DNA of 64,000 nt from Acidimicrobiia bacterium (GTDB lineage Bacteria > Actinomycetota > Acidimicrobiia > Acidimicrobiales > Bin134): positions 144,092 to 208,091 of the forward strand of contig VYCQ01000023.1 of the NCBI GenBank assembly GCA_009843865.1, in the 5' to 3' direction. Both the position numbers and the translations under genes were made by a program. This document shows positions 50,277 to 61,088 of the stretch, piece by piece; within the stretch, counting starts at the first letter, position 1; each line of letters opens with the position of its first letter. A model generated the notes under the pieces. The model saw only the letters and a program-made list of their open reading frames with translations. It made no database searches and was not told where the DNA came from.

Positions 50277-52661
50277 ATGCCTGAATCTAGCGTGAGCAGC
50301 CCTAGCTATAGTGCTCAGGCTACCGGCGATCCTGCACGCGGACTTACCCAACAACAGGTGGCTGAACGGATAGCCAGCGGTCAAACCAATCAGGTGCCCG
50401 ACGCGCCGGTACGGACGCTATCGCAGATCTTGCGAGCTAACTTGTTTTCTCCAGTCAACGGAATCATGTTGGCCTTGTTCTGCGTCATTTTGATTGCCGG
50501 TTACCCACGAGACAGCCTGTTCGTTGGAGTGGTGGTATCCAACGCTGTGATTGGGGTCGTCCAAGAAATCAGAGCTAAACGCGAACTAGACCATCTGACG
50601 GTGCTAAGCGCCCCTAAAGCCAAAGTAGTGCGCGACGGCGAAGTGCTAGAAGTTGAAGTGAGTGAGGTTGTAGCTGACGAAGTTTTAGAAGTTACCTCAG
50701 GCGATCAGATTGTGGTGGATGGCAAGGTTCTAACAACCTCAGGCTTAGAAGCTGATGAATCGCTGCTCACAGGTGAAGCTGATCCCATTGAAAAACAGGT
50801 AGAAGATAAGCTGCTCTCAGGCAGCTTCGTAGCCGCGGGTAACGGGCGCTATCAGGCAACTCATATCGGGGCAGATTCATACGCTAGCTCACTATCAGAA
50901 GAAGCCCGTCGCTTCACCCTGATTAACAGCGAGTTGCGACGGGGCATCAACACCGTGCTGCGCTGGCTTATCGTAATCATTCCACCTGCTTCTGCTCTTT
51001 TAATCTTGGTCTTGATCGACACCGAGGAGCGTTGGCAAGAAGCTTTACAGGGTACCGTAGCTGCTGCTGTTGCTATGGTTCCCGATGGCTTGGTGCTGCT
51101 CACAAGCCTGTCTTTTGTGGCTGGTGTAATAGCATTAGCTCGTCGCCATGCTCTAGCCAAAGAACTCGCCACAGTGGAACTGCTCGCTCGAACCGATGTG
51201 CTCTGTTTAGATAAGACAGGAACCATCACCACCGGTCAGATCAGCTTTGGGGATGTAGAAGTTCTTTCTGACAATGACTTAATCGAGGCGACAACAGCGC
51301 TAGCTGCCATGGCCAATGCCGACGAAGCACCTAACGCCACTATGTTGGCTGTGCGCGACGCTTACACGATGCCAAGCAATTCCAGCGAGTCTTGGCAACC
51401 ATTGAGCACCATGGCGTTTTCCAGTGCCCGCAAATGGTCGGCAATGGAATTTGTAGGACGTGGCACCTACTACTTCGGCGCTCCAGACGTGATGGCTAGC
51501 GAAAGACATGATGTGATGCAAAGCGTGATCACACATGCCAACGCTGGCAAACGAACCTTGTTGCTGGCTCACAGCTCTGAACCCTTAGTTAGCGACGAGT
51601 TACCAACAGCTCTGAACCCTTTGGCTCTAGTGCTTCTTGAAGACACAATTCGCCATGATGCCCCCGAAATCTTGGCATTCTTTGAGCGACAAGGCGTACA
51701 CCTCAAGGTAATTTCGGGCGACCACACCGCTACCGTTGCCTCAGTGGCGCAGCGCGCTGGCATTCCTAACGCTACAGCCAGCATAGATGCTCGTGAGTTA
51801 CCGGAAAATCCCAAACAAATGGCTGATTGTTTAACATCCAACACAGTATTTGGCCGCGTCACCCCGCACCAAAAACGTTCTATGGTGAACGCATTGCAGG
51901 CCAAAGGACACACGGTTGCTATGACCGGTGACGGTGTTAACGATGTGCTAGCACTAAAAACCGCAGACATGGGAATCGCTATGGGCAGCGGTTCAGCTTC
52001 CACTCGAGCAGTAGCTCAGCTAGTGCTGCTAGACAACTCTTTCGCCAACTTACCAGAGGTGCTAGCGCAAGGGCGTAAGGTGATCAACAACGTGGAACGG
52101 GTGGCTAATCTATTTGTCACCAAAGCTTCCTACGCAGTGCTGCTAACCATTCTCGTAGGCATCTTCACCGTAGAATATCCGTTCTTGCCTCGACATCTCA
52201 CCTTAGTGGGAACGTTCTCTATCGGCGTACCTGGCTTATTTTTGGCATTAGCACCGAGCACGGAACTCATCAAATCAGGCTTCTTGCGGCGAGTACTTCA
52301 ATTCTCAATTCCTGCTGGGTTTTTAGCAGGAACCGCATCTTTTTTCGCCTATGAAATAGCTCGTCGCCACGAAGAGGTCACTTTGGCAGAAGCTCGCACC
52401 GTCGCTACCTTGACCCTGCTAGGTGTAGGGCTGGTGATATTGGTGGTGATTAGTCGTCCCCTGCGTCCATGGAAAATTGGCTTAGCTGCGGCCATGGCTG
52501 GCTCCTACTTGTTGGTGATGGTGTGGCCCTTTGCACGTAACTTTTTTGAGCTAGATGCTCCTCCAATGTGGATGTGGGGCCCAACTATCGTCGCAATAGC
52601 CGTCGCCGGTACAGGGGTAATCATGATCCCCCGCGCGCTACGAAGATACAACAATCACTAG
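50277..52661 (+). CDS. P-type ATPase, CtpE-like cation transporter
   Basis: DESLLTGE, VPDGL, DKTGT, ISGD, TGDGVND. Confidence 0.93.
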   Translation: MPESSVSSPSYSAQATGDPARGLTQQQVAERIASGQTNQVPDAPVRTLSQILRANLFSPVNGIMLALFCVILIAGYPRDSLFVGVVVSNAVIGVVQEIRAKRELDHLTVLSAPKAKVVRDGEVLEVEVSEVVADEVLEVTSGDQIVVDGKVLTTSGLEADESLLTGEADPIEKQVEDKLLSGSFVAAGNGRYQATHIGADSYASSLSEEARRFTLINSELRRGINTVLRWLIVIIPPASALLILVLIDTEERWQEALQGTVAAAVAMVPDGLVLLTSLSFVAGVIALARRHALAKELATVELLARTDVLCLDKTGTITTGQISFGDVEVLSDNDLIEATTALAAMANADEAPNATMLAVRDAYTMPSNSSESWQPLSTMAFSSARKWSAMEFVGRGTYYFGAPDVMASERHDVMQSVITHANAGKRTLLLAHSSEPLVSDELPTALNPLALVLLEDTIRHDAPEILAFFERQGVHLKVISGDHTATVASVAQRAGIPNATASIDARELPENPKQMADCLTSNTVFGRVTPHQKRSMVNALQAKGHTVAMTGDGVNDVLALKTADMGIAMGSGSASTRAVAQLVLLDNSFANLPEVLAQGRKVINNVERVANLFVTKASYAVLLTILVGIFTVEYPFLPRHLTLVGTFSIGVPGLFLALAPSTELIKSGFLRRVLQFSIPAGFLAGTASFFAYEIARRHEEVTLAEARTVATLTLLGVGLVILVVISRPLRPWKIGLAAAMAGSYLLVMVWPFARNFFELDAPPMWMWGPTIVAIAVAGTGVIMIPRALRRYNNH

Positions 52662-52693
52662 CCCTGATTACCCACTAATAAATATTGACCCGT

Positions 52694-52734
52694 ACCCCAC
52701 AAGCAACGCTGCGGGGATAGCTGCTTAGGGGGGG
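52694..52734. terminator. Hairpin between the convergent P-type ATPase and Rdx genes
   Basis: CCCC..AAGCA...TGCTT.GGGG imperfect inverted repeat. Confidence 0.35.
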
Positions 52735-53025
52735 TTAAGACCCGTAAACAGGAACCCCTTGGGCATATTTGACAGCGAACAAATCAACAACCTCACCCGG
52801 ATGAGCATGACGATTAGTAGCATCTTTGGAATAGAGCATCTCGCCGTTTACCTCCACATCGAAAATACCTGAGGTGCCGGTTATCAAGTACACTTTTTCA
52901 ATGATGTGCTGGTACTTCTTTAGTAAATCGTTAGCAGCGCTCACGGCGTGCTCGGAATAGTCTCAAGGGACACAGTAAATGATGGAAATGCTGTGTTTAT
53001 TTGTCATGGGGGATTCCGGACTCAT
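52735..53025 (-). CDS. Putative selenoprotein: Rdx (SelW/SelT/SelH-like) with CxxU motif (UGA at 52965-52963)
   Basis: Upstream in-frame extension reads MSPESPMTNKHSISIIYCVP-U-DYSEHAVSAANDLL...GTSGIFDVEVNGEMLYSK; TAGTAT 6 nt before ATG at 53025. Confidence 0.85.
52933..52952 (-). promoter_or_regulatory. Candidate bacterial SECIS hairpin
   Basis: AGCA-CGC-CGTGA-GCG-C-TGCT starts 10 nt after the in-frame UGA. Confidence 0.55.
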
Positions 53026-53052
53026 GTGGCAATACTAACGCCTAGCTACCGT

Positions 53053-54585
53053 CTATTGATACGTCACAGCAGTACCTGCGACAGTTGCTCTAGGGTTCAC
53101 AGATGCTCCAACGTCTCTGGTTTCTAAAATGTCCGCGATCTCGGTGCCTAACCCTGCCGACTCCACGAGTTCCACCAAGTTATCTGGATCACAGTCCATA
53201 GTTCCGGGAGCAGCAGGGTGACGACGAATCCAACCGCTGGTGGTGGGGGTTACCAACATGAAACAGCTTGAAGGGTGACCCTCGGCCGGGTTGGTATACC
53301 CATGCAACCCGCGCCCGTTCCACTCGGTGATGGTACTAGCAGCTTCAATCACCAGCTCTCGTGTCAACCCTCCACCGCTTAAGAACCTGGCCTTGTTCAC
53401 GGCCTCCTCAAACAGCAAAGCCGAGGCCCAACTAGACAACCCGATCAAGTCCAACTCGGCCTCTTCATCCACTTGCTCTCGCAATGAAAGCACGTACCTA
53501 ACCAACTCTACATTGTCGCCTGGTTCCTCAAAAGGCAACATGTTGATGCTGACCCACACATTTTGGTTTAACTCGCCAGCCCGCTCAGGCCAAGTTTGCG
53601 AGTAGCAGTCGGCCCCACAGTAAAAGAAAAACTGCCCCGACGACAGCTCATTATTCACTCTGCGAATTGCTGCTAAGTCCGCAGCGTTCAGTTGGTTGTT
53701 GGTTGCGCTTGCATCAACCAAACGTGTCCAAGCTTGCAACAACTCCAACATCCGCTCACTATCTGCTGTCCATGTCACAGAGCGCGCCCCGCTTCGCAGC
53801 AGTTCTAATGCCAAAGCATCGTAATCCTGCCCAACCACATCGGCAGTGGCCTGATGGACATACCTAAAGCCAGCCCCAGTGGCTGCCTCAATCTCTCTCT
53901 GTGCCTGATAAAACGCCACCGGCATGTCCAACACCACCGTTGCCACTGCATCAGTCAGCTCACTAAACCGTTCGCTTAAATACTGGGCAGGCCCGGCCTG
54001 CCACACTGTGTTGGAAACCGGATTGGACACGAAGGTCACCGGAGATTCCCTTCGCTTTGGGCTAAGAGCTGCCGCCGGAAAATCGGGTAGCTGACAAGAC
54101 TCCTCATTCAAATAATCCACGCCTTCACCGTCTTGCAGAGCATAAGACCCAACTAAGGCAAAAATGTCGCTCTCACATGCCTCTCGCATGACCTCCGCGT
54201 GGCGAAATACGTTGGCATCAAACAGCACAACCTCTACATCCCGCCCGCCTAGACCGCCTCTGTCGTTAATCGACCGGGCCCAAGCTCTCATGGCTAACCA
54301 GGCAGCCTCACTCCCCTTGGTGACAGCTTTGCTGTTGGTTATGTCGGCGATCACACCCAATCGCATCACCTCGTCGCTGAGGCCCGGAGAACGAGGCTTA
54401 GAGGGGTCGATCGCCGAGGCAGTGGGCTCTTCAAACACCGCAGGTGTGGCTGTGTTCAGATCTGATGCACCCAACACCGGGCCCTGCAAATCAGGCTTTT
54501 GGCAAGCTACAACCCCAGCTGAGAGGCCAACCGCAAGCATCAACCCAACTAGCCGCCACTTCCTCCTAGACATGTGTCGAAACAT
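53053..54585 (-). CDS. Orphan ABC-type substrate-binding lipoprotein (LivJ/Peripla_BP_6-like)
   Basis: Lipobox VVAC, GLSDEVMRLG, INDRGGLGGRDVEV, FALVGS; no permease genes adjacent. Confidence 0.75.
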   Translation of the reverse strand: MFRHMSRRKWRLVGLMLAVGLSAGVVACQKPDLQGPVLGASDLNTATPAVFEEPTASAIDPSKPRSPGLSDEVMRLGVIADITNSKAVTKGSEAAWLAMRAWARSINDRGGLGGRDVEVVLFDANVFRHAEVMREACESDIFALVGSYALQDGEGVDYLNEESCQLPDFPAAALSPKRRESPVTFVSNPVSNTVWQAGPAQYLSERFSELTDAVATVVLDMPVAFYQAQREIEAATGAGFRYVHQATADVVGQDYDALALELLRSGARSVTWTADSERMLELLQAWTRLVDASATNNQLNAADLAAIRRVNNELSSGQFFFYCGADCYSQTWPERAGELNQNVWVSINMLPFEEPGDNVELVRYVLSLREQVDEEAELDLIGLSSWASALLFEEAVNKARFLSGGGLTRELVIEAASTITEWNGRGLHGYTNPAEGHPSSCFMLVTPTTSGWIRRHPAAPGTMDCDPDNLVELVESAGLGTEIADILETRDVGASVNPRATVAGTAVTYQ

Positions 54586-54609
54586 GTATCAAGAAGGATA
54601 GGCGGCGCG

Positions 54610-55923
54610 CTAAGCCTTAGCCGCTGCGAAACCCTGTTCTAGGTCTGCAATGATGTCTTGAAGGGTTTCTAGCCCCACCGAAAGACGCACCAAACCAGGG
54701 TAAACCCCTGTGCTGATTTGTTCATCTTCGCTGAGTTGTGAGTGGGTAGTGGAAGCCGGATGAATAACCAAACTACGCACATCACCAATGTTGGCTACAT
54801 GGCTATGCAAGCTCAGAGCATTCACAAACTTTTCACCAGCTTCGCGACCACCCTTTATGTGAAAAGCTGGTACCGAGCCGTAACCCTTACCACCGGTGTA
54901 ATAGGTCATGCGCTCATGCCACGGGCTAGAAGCCAGCCCACCAAATTGCACCGACTCAACCTGATCGTGTCCCTCCAAGTACTCAGCTACAGCTTGGGCA
55001 TTAGCCAAGTGACGTTCCATGCGCACGCTAAGGGTCTCTAACCCTTGTAAAAAGTAGAAGGCATTCTGCGGTGAAATGGCAGCACCGATATCACGCAAGA
55101 GCTGCACACGAGCCTTGATGATAAACGAACCGTGCCCCAGCGCTGGCCAATAAGCCAAACCATGATAACTCGGATCAGGCTCAGTGAAATTGGGAAAACG
55201 CCCGCTAGATCCAAAATCAAAGCTGCCACCATCCACGATTACCCCCCCTATAGAGTTACCGTGACCACCAATAAACTTGGTCATTGAATGCACTACGATA
55301 TCGGCACCATGAGCTAGCGGTTGGATCAAATACGGTGACGGTACTGTGTTGTCCACAATCAACGGAATACCCTCAGCATGACCCACCGCAGCCACGCTCT
55401 CAATGTCTAGGCAGTCATTTTTGGGATTGCCAATGGTCTCAGCATAGAGCGCTTTGGTGTTATCCCTGATGGCATTCTTCCAAGCCCCTAGATTATCTGG
55501 GTCTTCAATGAACGACACCTCTATGCCCATCTTAGGCAAGGTGTAATGAAGCAAGTTATAGGTGCCTCCATAGAGCGAGGCCGATGACACGACGTGATCG
55601 CCCGACTCAGCCAAGTTCAAGATGGCCGTCATCTCTGCTGCCTGACCAGACGACAGGGCAAGCGCCCCCGGAATACCTATTGCAGTGGCTGTGCCCCCTT
55701 CTAAAGCTGCAATACGTGCCTCTAACACCATCTGAGTGGGGTTCATAATACGGGTATAGATGTTGCCCACCTCGGTTAGCCCAAACAGCGCCGCAGCATG
55801 CTCTGTGTCACGAAACACATAAGAAGTGGTCTGATGGATCGGCACCGCGCAAGACCCAGTTGTCGGATCGGGTGCTTGACCTGCGTGGATTTGCTTGGTT
55901 TCAAAACCCCATTCTTCGCTCAC
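54610..55923 (-). CDS. metY: O-acetylhomoserine aminocarboxypropyltransferase
   Basis: FETKQIHAG, YTRIMNPT, SSGQAA, HSMTKFIGGHG, ANIGDVRSLVIHPASTTH; likely GTG start at 55923. Confidence 0.93.
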   Translation of the reverse strand: MSEEWGFETKQIHAGQAPDPTTGSCAVPIHQTTSYVFRDTEHAAALFGLTEVGNIYTRIMNPTQMVLEARIAALEGGTATAIGIPGALALSSGQAAEMTAILNLAESGDHVVSSASLYGGTYNLLHYTLPKMGIEVSFIEDPDNLGAWKNAIRDNTKALYAETIGNPKNDCLDIESVAAVGHAEGIPLIVDNTVPSPYLIQPLAHGADIVVHSMTKFIGGHGNSIGGVIVDGGSFDFGSSGRFPNFTEPDPSYHGLAYWPALGHGSFIIKARVQLLRDIGAAISPQNAFYFLQGLETLSVRMERHLANAQAVAEYLEGHDQVESVQFGGLASSPWHERMTYYTGGKGYGSVPAFHIKGGREAGEKFVNALSLHSHVANIGDVRSLVIHPASTTHSQLSEDEQISTGVYPGLVRLSVGLETLQDIIADLEQGFAAAKA

Positions 55924-56035
55924 TGCTTTACCTGCTTTCTGTTTTTCTATCTCTCTGTTTTTTAAGTTTTCTAAGTTTTCTGAGTTGGATTGACTGACAA
56001 TGTTTGAGTTGAAGCGATGTTTTATTTCAGGCAAT

Positions 56036-57067
56036 CTAGCTCTGGCCACCAGAAACTGCTTGTACACTCTGGCGACCCTCAGCAATCCAAGGCATCATCG
56101 AACGTAGCTTGGCTCCCACCTGTTCGATCAGATGAGTTTGCCCATCAGCTTCCATGGCCAAAAAGTTGGCACGCCCACCACGGCTTTCGTTCATCCACTC
56201 GGTTGCAAAAGCACCACTTTGAATTTCAGCAAGAATCTTCTTCATCTCTGCACGAGTATCTGCATTGATAATTCGATCTCCGCGACTTAAATCCCCGTAT
56301 TCGGCAGTGTCAGAAATGGAATAGCGCATTCCGCCAATGCCCTCTTCATACATAAGATCAACGATCAACTTCAGTTCGTGCAAGCACTCAAAGTAAGCCA
56401 CCTCAGGTTGATAACCAGCCTCACACAGGGTCTCAAAAGCAGCGGTGACCAAAGAAGTAAGCCCTCCGCAAAGCACCACTTGTTCACCAAACAAGTCGGT
56501 CTCGCACTCTTCAGCAAAGGTGGTTTCAATCACCCCAGCTCTAGTACCACCTATGGCATCGGCATAAGCCAACGCTAAATCCCGTGCATTGCCGCTAGCA
56601 TCTTGGTTCACGGCTATCAGGCATGGTACTCCTCCACCTTCTAGATAAGTGCGGCGGACGAGATGACCTGGACCTTTGGGTGCCACCATTGCTACGTCCA
56701 CTTGTGCGGGAGCAGTAATCAGATCAAAACGCACGTTAAAGCCATGCGCAAACAGCAAGGCATCACCTGAGTTTAGGTAAGGTGCTACATGGGCATCATA
56801 GATGTCAGCCTGTTCGGTATCAGGCAACAGCATCACAATCACGTCAGCTTCTGCTGCGGCTTTAGCTATAGACATCACAGACAAACCTGCTTCAGCGGCT
56901 TTAGCAACTGAAGCAGAGCCATCTCGAAGCCCTACCCGCACATCAACACCGGATTCTTTGAGGTTCAAGGCATGAGCATGGCCCTGCGAGCCATAACCTA
57001 AGATCGCTACTTTCCGATCAGCAATCTTAGAATTATCTGCATCTTTTTCATATAACACGGTTACCAT
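56036..57067 (-). CDS. ilvC: Ketol-acid reductoisomerase
   Basis: [43 protein letters not shown]. Confidence 0.98.
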   Translation of the reverse strand: MVTVLYEKDADNSKIADRKVAILGYGSQGHAHALNLKESGVDVRVGLRDGSASVAKAAEAGLSVMSIAKAAAEADVIVMLLPDTEQADIYDAHVAPYLNSGDALLFAHGFNVRFDLITAPAQVDVAMVAPKGPGHLVRRTYLEGGGVPCLIAVNQDASGNARDLALAYADAIGGTRAGVIETTFAEECETDLFGEQVVLCGGLTSLVTAAFETLCEAGYQPEVAYFECLHELKLIVDLMYEEGIGGMRYSISDTAEYGDLSRGDRIINADTRAEMKKILAEIQSGAFATEWMNESRGGRANFLAMEADGQTHLIEQVGAKLRSMMPWIAEGRQSVQAVSGGQS

Positions 57068-57125
57068 CTTTGTCCTTTATTTCTGTGTCTCTAAGTTGTG
57101 ATCGTTCTGTTAGATACTTAGGTGC

Positions 57126-57659
57126 TTAAGCGAGCTGCTCTGAGACATTTTTAGTCAGCTTAGGTAAGGCCACTTTGCCGGTTCGCTGCACATCCACAAT
57201 CCCGTAAGGTCGCAACAGGTCTTCAAAATCATCTATCCGACTGAGCGACCCGGTAAGCGACACCATGATCTCATCGTGGCCCACATTAAGCACCGTGGCT
57301 TGGAAAATCCTCACCAAATCTAGGATTTGACCCCTAATCTCAGGCTCTGCGCGCACGGTGGCCATCATCAGCTCTCGCTCAATGCTTGCTATCGGATTCA
57401 ATTCCTGGATTTCCACCACGTTTACAAGCTTGTCTAGCTGTTTTACCACCTGTTCCATGGGCGCAGAACTAACCCCCACCACGATGGTCAAACGGCTAAA
57501 GCGTTCGTCATCAGTAGGTGCCACAGTCAACGACTCAATGTTGAACCCCCTCCTAGCAAACAATCCAGCCACACGAGCTAACACACCAGCCTTGTTTTCC
57601 ACATGCACCACCAAGGTGGTGGTTTCAGCTCCTCTGTATCTACTTGACTGGCTGTTCAT
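57126..57659 (-). CDS. ilvN: Acetolactate synthase regulatory subunit
   Basis: VENKAGVLARVAGLFARRGFNIESL ACT domain. Confidence 0.96.
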   Translation of the reverse strand: MNSQSSRYRGAETTTLVVHVENKAGVLARVAGLFARRGFNIESLTVAPTDDERFSRLTIVVGVSSAPMEQVVKQLDKLVNVVEIQELNPIASIERELMMATVRAEPEIRGQILDLVRIFQATVLNVGHDEIMVSLTGSLSRIDDFEDLLRPYGIVDVQRTGKVALPKLTKNVSEQLA

Positions 57660-59395
57660 CGGGGCAAATCTTGCTGAGAGGGATCTACGACAACCTCACT
57701 GTTGGTCTTGCCCGCAGGCACCATGGGCAACACGTTTTCTTCGGCCTCGCAACGGAACTCCACCACCACGGGACGGTCATCAACCTCGTTGGCTTTGACT
57801 ATCGCAGGTTCCACCTCTTCAGGAGAATCCACCCGAATTCCCACACAACCCAAAGCCTCAGCCCACTTCTTATAGTCAGGCACATCACGATCTAGATAAA
57901 CCTCAGAGTAGCGCTCTTCGTAGAACATTTCCTGCCATTGGCGGACCATGCCCAGATAAGAGTTATTGATCAACGCCACCTTGATGGGAAAACCCTCGGT
58001 GGTGGCCGTCACCAATTCTTGAGCAGTCATCTGAAAGCAACCATCACCGTCCACCGCCCAAATCATACGATCAGGCTTGCCAGCTTTAGCACCTATAGCA
58101 GCAGGAATAGCAAAGCCCATGGTACCCAAACCGCCAGAGTTCACCCAGGTGTAGGGATGGTTGAACTTCCAATACTGGCTTGTCCACATTTGATGCTGGC
58201 CCACCCCCGAAGCCACGATTGTGTCATCTGGGGTTGAGTCACGCAGCTTTTCTAGCACATACTGCGGCTTCAACAACTCACCTGGCTGCGACTGCTCGTA
58301 GGTAAGCGGAAAACGTTCTTGCCATCCGCTAATGCGAGAACGCCACTGGCTGCGATCTGGCTGGCTCTCAACTCCTCCCTCAGCTTTAAGCACCTCCACA
58401 AGCTCTTCGATTACAACACGGCAATCACCTTGGATAGCTATATCAGGACGACGTACCTTTCCTAGTTCCGCGCTGTCAATATCAACATGGATCACCTTAG
58501 CCAGCGGGGCGAAGCCATCTACCTTGCCTGTTACACGGTCATCAAAACGAGCACCTAGTGCGATAAGCAGGTCAGCTTCTTGCATGGCAGTAACAGCGGT
58601 GTAGTTGCCGTGCATGCCAGGCATGCCCAAACCCAACGGGTGCTCATCGGGAAAGCCCCCTCGGTTCATCAATGTGGTAACCACATGAATGCTAGTTAGT
58701 TCGGCCAACTCCAAAAGTGCCTCTGCCGCACGCGCTTTCAAAATACCGCCGCCCGTGTAAAGCACCGGACGCTCAGCCGCACAAATCAACTTAGCGGCAT
58801 GGCGGATTTGCTCAGGGTCACCGTGTAAGTTGGGAGAGTAACCTGGCAAGTCATGATCTTTAGGCGTGCGCCACTCCATAGCTGAACGGGGATTATTAGG
58901 GTCAACGATGTCCTTGGGGATATCCACTAGTACGGGGCCCGGTCGACCCGTGGTGGCGATGTGAAAAGCATCATGGATCACCTGAGGAATATCAGCAGCC
59001 TCGGTAACCAAGTAATTGTGTTTGGTAACCGCCATGGTGATGCCGGTGGTATCACACTCTTGAAAAGCGTCGGTCCCGATGGCGGCATAAGGTACCTGAC
59101 CGGTCACCACAACCATTGGGATGGAGTCCATGTAGGCATCGCAAAGCGGGGTAACAATGTTGGTGGCCGCAGGGCCGGAAGTGACCATGGCGACCCCGGG
59201 TTGTCCGGTAGCGTGAGCATATCCCTCGGCCATGTGTCCCGCGCCTTGTTCGTGGCGGACCAGCACATGGCGAATGGAGGAGTCTAAAAGCGGATCGTAC
59301 ACCGGCAAGATTGCACCGCCGGGCAGCCCAAACAAAATGCTTACCCCCTCATTTTCGAGGGCTTTCATTAGGGCTTGTCCGCCGTTCATCTTCAT
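57656..59395 (-). CDS. ilvB: Acetolactate synthase large subunit
   Basis: RHEQGAGHMAEGYA, TSGPAATN, GMPGMHG, GDGCFQM...NN. Confidence 0.97.
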   Translation of the reverse strand: MKMNGGQALMKALENEGVSILFGLPGGAILPVYDPLLDSSIRHVLVRHEQGAGHMAEGYAHATGQPGVAMVTSGPAATNIVTPLCDAYMDSIPMVVVTGQVPYAAIGTDAFQECDTTGITMAVTKHNYLVTEAADIPQVIHDAFHIATTGRPGPVLVDIPKDIVDPNNPRSAMEWRTPKDHDLPGYSPNLHGDPEQIRHAAKLICAAERPVLYTGGGILKARAAEALLELAELTSIHVVTTLMNRGGFPDEHPLGLGMPGMHGNYTAVTAMQEADLLIALGARFDDRVTGKVDGFAPLAKVIHVDIDSAELGKVRRPDIAIQGDCRVVIEELVEVLKAEGGVESQPDRSQWRSRISGWQERFPLTYEQSQPGELLKPQYVLEKLRDSTPDDTIVASGVGQHQMWTSQYWKFNHPYTWVNSGGLGTMGFAIPAAIGAKAGKPDRMIWAVDGDGCFQMTAQELVTATTEGFPIKVALINNSYLGMVRQWQEMFYEERYSEVYLDRDVPDYKKWAEALGCVGIRVDSPEEVEPAIVKANEVDDRPVVVEFRCEAEENVLPMVPAGKTNSEVVVDPSQQDLPR

Positions 59396-59411
59396 GTGAG
59401 CACAACCATCA

Positions 59412-61088
59412 TCAAGCTTCGGTCACAGCACCCTTTTCGGCACCTTGAGCTAAACGAGCATACTTGGCTAATACGCCTTTGGTATAACGGGGCGTAGGCG
59501 GCTTCCAATCGGCGCGCCGTTCAGCCAAGATGGAATCATCCACCAGCAGGTCAATGGAATGGTCTCGCACGTTTATTCTAATCCGATCACCCTCGGCCAC
59601 TAATGCTATCGGCCCACCCTCGGTGGCCTCAGGAGCCACATGGCCCACACAAAATCCGTGAGTACCTCCTGAGAAACGACCGTCGGTAATCAGGGCAGCG
59701 TCTCCGCCGCGACCAGCGCCCTTCATCGCGCCGGTAATGGCCAGCATCTCTCTCATTCCGGGACCACCCTTGGGCCCCTCATAGCGGATTACCACGATGT
59801 CGCCAGCTTCGATATGCCCATTCAGCACCGCGTCCATAGCCGTATCTTCGCCGTCGAACACCCGAGCCCGGCCTTCAAAATGGTCGAAGTCAATGCCAGC
59901 TACCTTCAACACTGCCCCGTTGGGAGCTAGCGACCCCGTGAGCACGGCTATGCCACCAATATCATGTAGCGGATTATCAAAACCATGAATCACATCTCCG
60001 TCAGGGCCGGGCGGGTCCAGCAGAACAAGGTTCTCGGCCATGGTCTTTCCCGTAACGGTGATCTCATCGCCATGCAACAGGCCATCCTCCAGCAACATCT
60101 GCATCACAACAGGGATACCACCGATACGATCAATGTCGGCCATGTGGTACTGCCCGTGGGGCTTGGTATCAGCCAGATGAGGCACCCGAGCTGCCACCTT
60201 ATTGAAATCGTCTAGCTTTAGCTCTACACCGGCCTCCCAGGCGATGGCCAGCAAGTGCAGCACTGCGTTTGTGGAACCGCCCAAGGCCATGGTCACAGCA
60301 ATGGCGTTTTCAAATGCTCCCTTCGACATGATGGTGCGAGGACGGATGTTATCTTGCAGCAACCCGATAATCGCCGTACCGCTGGCATAGCTGTAGTCAT
60401 CGCGACGGCGGTCCACTGCTGCCGCCGAGGCACTTCCCGGCAAAGACATGCCCAGCGCTTCACCAATTGAAGCCATGGTGTTGGCGGTAAACATCCCCGC
60501 GCAAGAACCCTCAGTGGGACATGCATTGCGCTCAATAGCATCAAGCTCTTTGTCATCAATGTCACCCACAGCGTGTGCGCCCACCGCTTCAAACACGCTC
60601 ACGATGTCCAGCACCTTACCGTTGTGCTGTCCAGGCAATATAGATCCACCATAAACAAACACCGAAGGTAGATTGAGCCGCGCAGCAGCCATCAGCATGC
60701 CAGGCAATGACTTGTCACAGCCTGCAAAGCTCACAAAAGCATCCAGCCGCTCAGCATGCATAACCGCTTCTACCGAGTCAGCGATAATCTCTCGGCTTAC
60801 CAACGAGGCTCGCATCCCTTCATGGCCCATGGAGATACCATCAGAAACTGCGATGGTGTTGAACTCAATGGGAAAACCGCCAGCATCCCTCACGCCTTGT
60901 TTGGCTCGCTTAGCCAAACGGTCTAACGGTAAGTTACAAGGGGTCACCTCATTCCACGACGATGCCACCCCCACCTGGGGCTTGTCCCAATCGTCATCTG
61001 TCATGCCCACTGCGCGCAGCATGGCCCTAGCTGGGGCACGCCCAACCCCAGATGTAACCTCATGCGAACGTGGCTTCATGTCGCTCAT
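59412..61088 (-). CDS. ilvD: Dihydroxy-acid dehydratase
   Basis: [44 protein letters not shown]. Confidence 0.98.
   Translation of the reverse strand: MSDMKPRSHEVTSGVGRAPARAMLRAVGMTDDDWDKPQVGVASSWNEVTPCNLPLDRLAKRAKQGVRDAGGFPIEFNTIAVSDGISMGHEGMRASLVSREIIADSVEAVMHAERLDAFVSFAGCDKSLPGMLMAAARLNLPSVFVYGGSILPGQHNGKVLDIVSVFEAVGAHAVGDIDDKELDAIERNACPTEGSCAGMFTANTMASIGEALGMSLPGSASAAAVDRRRDDYSYASGTAIIGLLQDNIRPRTIMSKGAFENAIAVTMALGGSTNAVLHLLAIAWEAGVELKLDDFNKVAARVPHLADTKPHGQYHMADIDRIGGIPVVMQMLLEDGLLHGDEITVTGKTMAENLVLLDPPGPDGDVIHGFDNPLHDIGGIAVLTGSLAPNGAVLKVAGIDFDHFEGRARVFDGEDTAMDAVLNGHIEAGDIVVIRYEGPKGGPGMREMLAITGAMKGAGRGGDAALITDGRFSGGTHGFCVGHVAPEATEGGPIALVAEGDRIRINVRDHSIDLLVDDSILAERRADWKPPTPRYTKGVLAKYARLAQGAEKGAVTEA

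Noticed and set aside
55924-56035. SAM riboswitch or N-terminal extension of metY
   Set aside because: A-rich low-complexity sequence with no aptamer stems; the extended ORF overlaps ilvC and is not MetY-like
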